A stretch of 64,000 nucleotides of DNA. Origin: Dudresnaya verticillata. Lineage: Eukaryota. Of the stretch, positions 63,001 to 64,000 are shown piece after piece. The position numbers were made by a program, and so were the translations under genes. How positions within the stretch are numbered: position 1 is the first letter of the stretch; each line of letters opens with the position of its first letter. Below the pieces are notes generated by a model, which had not been told where the DNA came from, ran no database searches, and saw nothing but the letters and a program-made list of their open reading frames with translations. The stretch lies in NCBI GenBank assembly GCA_977862235.1, contig OZ374557.1, positions 124,001-188,000 of the forward strand. The letters are read 5' to 3'.

Positions 63001-64000
63001 AAGATAGCGATAAGTTCCGAGAAACGAAGTAAACGTAGTCTTATCGCGGTCTTCCGGGGCAACCGGAATCTGCCAGTATCCGCTGTTACAATCGAGTGTC
63101 GAGAAAATCGAAGCGTCTCCGAGTGAATCGATACAATCTTCCATCCGGGGAAGTGGGTACGCGTCGGATAGCGTCTTCGTATTGAGTCTGCGGTAATCTA
63201 CGCAAAAACGAAGTGTTCCGTCTTTCTTCGGTGCGAGGACTACGGGGGACGCCCACTCCGAGGTGGCTGGTTCGATTACTCCGGCTTCGTGCATACTGTC
63301 GATTTCGTTACGCACGATTTCACGTATTGCGGGCCCTTGAGGATAGGGCATCGATCGAATAGGTCGAGTACCGGGTTGTAGATCGATCCGATGCTCCGTG
63401 GCTGCGATCGTTCCGAGGTCTCCGTTCCACATCGATTCGTGCTTACGTAGAATCTCGAGGACCTCGTTTCGCATAGTTTCGTCGGGTATGTTCGAAAGAT
63501 CTACGCGTTCTTCCCAATCGCGGGAACTTGAATTGGCTTCTGCTGCTGCAGTCGCGGCGCCCTTCGGGAGCGGTTTTTCCTTCGTGGATACGGATTCTTG
63601 GGGTGACTTCGAGTCGTTGTGCTCACGTAGCGTAGAGATGTTGAGCACCTTGGCAAACAAATCCGCGACTTCGCGATCGGGTGTCAGAATCGCGAGCGGG
63701 TTTCGAGCTGCGATCCGATGCGGTTCCCTTCGGTAGAGCTCGAGGCTTATCCGTGAAGTTCACCATCAACACCAAAACTCGCGATTCGGACTGACTTCGT
63801 GTATCCCGTTCGTTAACCGTAACCGGAACACGTATCGACTGCAGTCGTATGTGGCGTCATTACGGAGGCATCGAGGCCAATGGATCCGGTCACGAGGAAG
63901 ATATCCGAAGTCATCAAGCAAACGTATCCCTCGGTGGTAACTTCGGGTTCGATCTTCGAGATCGGTATCTTCTTCGAATTGTTTTCGCACGAAGCGTCTT
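60073..64000 (-). pseudogene. pol: pol of element C: protease partly deleted; RT, RNase H, integrase and chromodomain with a single TAG at 61045
   Basis: 871-aa and 323-aa ORFs are in frame; YLDD, DAS, SDNG, NGQTERYN, GPY; chromodomain EYVVDRIL..FRIKWDGY..PTWE. Confidence 0.95.

Larger units (their letters stand above)
55376..64000 (-). mobile_element. Ty3/Gypsy chromovirus C (3' part; gag and 5' LTR lie outside the window)
   Basis: RT-RH-IN-chromodomain, a 3.8-kb 3' region with an antisense ORF, PPT and 3' LTR. Confidence 0.95.

Overview
Eukaryotic, transposon-dense DNA. The element types resemble those of red-algal genomes, but that is inference only. I found no intact host gene, rRNA, tRNA or CRISPR array. 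From left to right: (1) LTR and gag/protease debris (1-5.9 kb). (2) Two related, decayed Ty3/Gypsy chromoviruses joined tail-to-tail: A (5915-14728, +) and B (14729-21810, -). Each has a 5' LTR, a tRNA-Tyr-type PBS and a -1 gag-pol frameshift site; neither has a 3' LTR. (3) A decayed multi-ORF block built around a CMC/CACTA-like DDE transposase (about 25-34.5 kb), with a convergent partner ORF and a Tudor-like ORF. (4) A minisatellite followed by a long degenerate ORF (36.5-40.3 kb). (5) A complete but decayed Ty1/Copia element (43980-50219) with a Gypsy solo LTR inserted in its RT. (6) A MAP-kinase gene fragment. (7) A short LTR plus gag, interrupted by a third chromovirus, C (55376 to the window end, -). 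Most interesting: C carries a roughly 670-codon antisense ORF bracketed by two identical 19-nt copies of its PPT/LTR-junction sequence. The core motif of that protein recurs, with identical spacing, in the separate ORF at 37.6-40.3 kb, suggesting an uncharacterised mobile accessory protein family.
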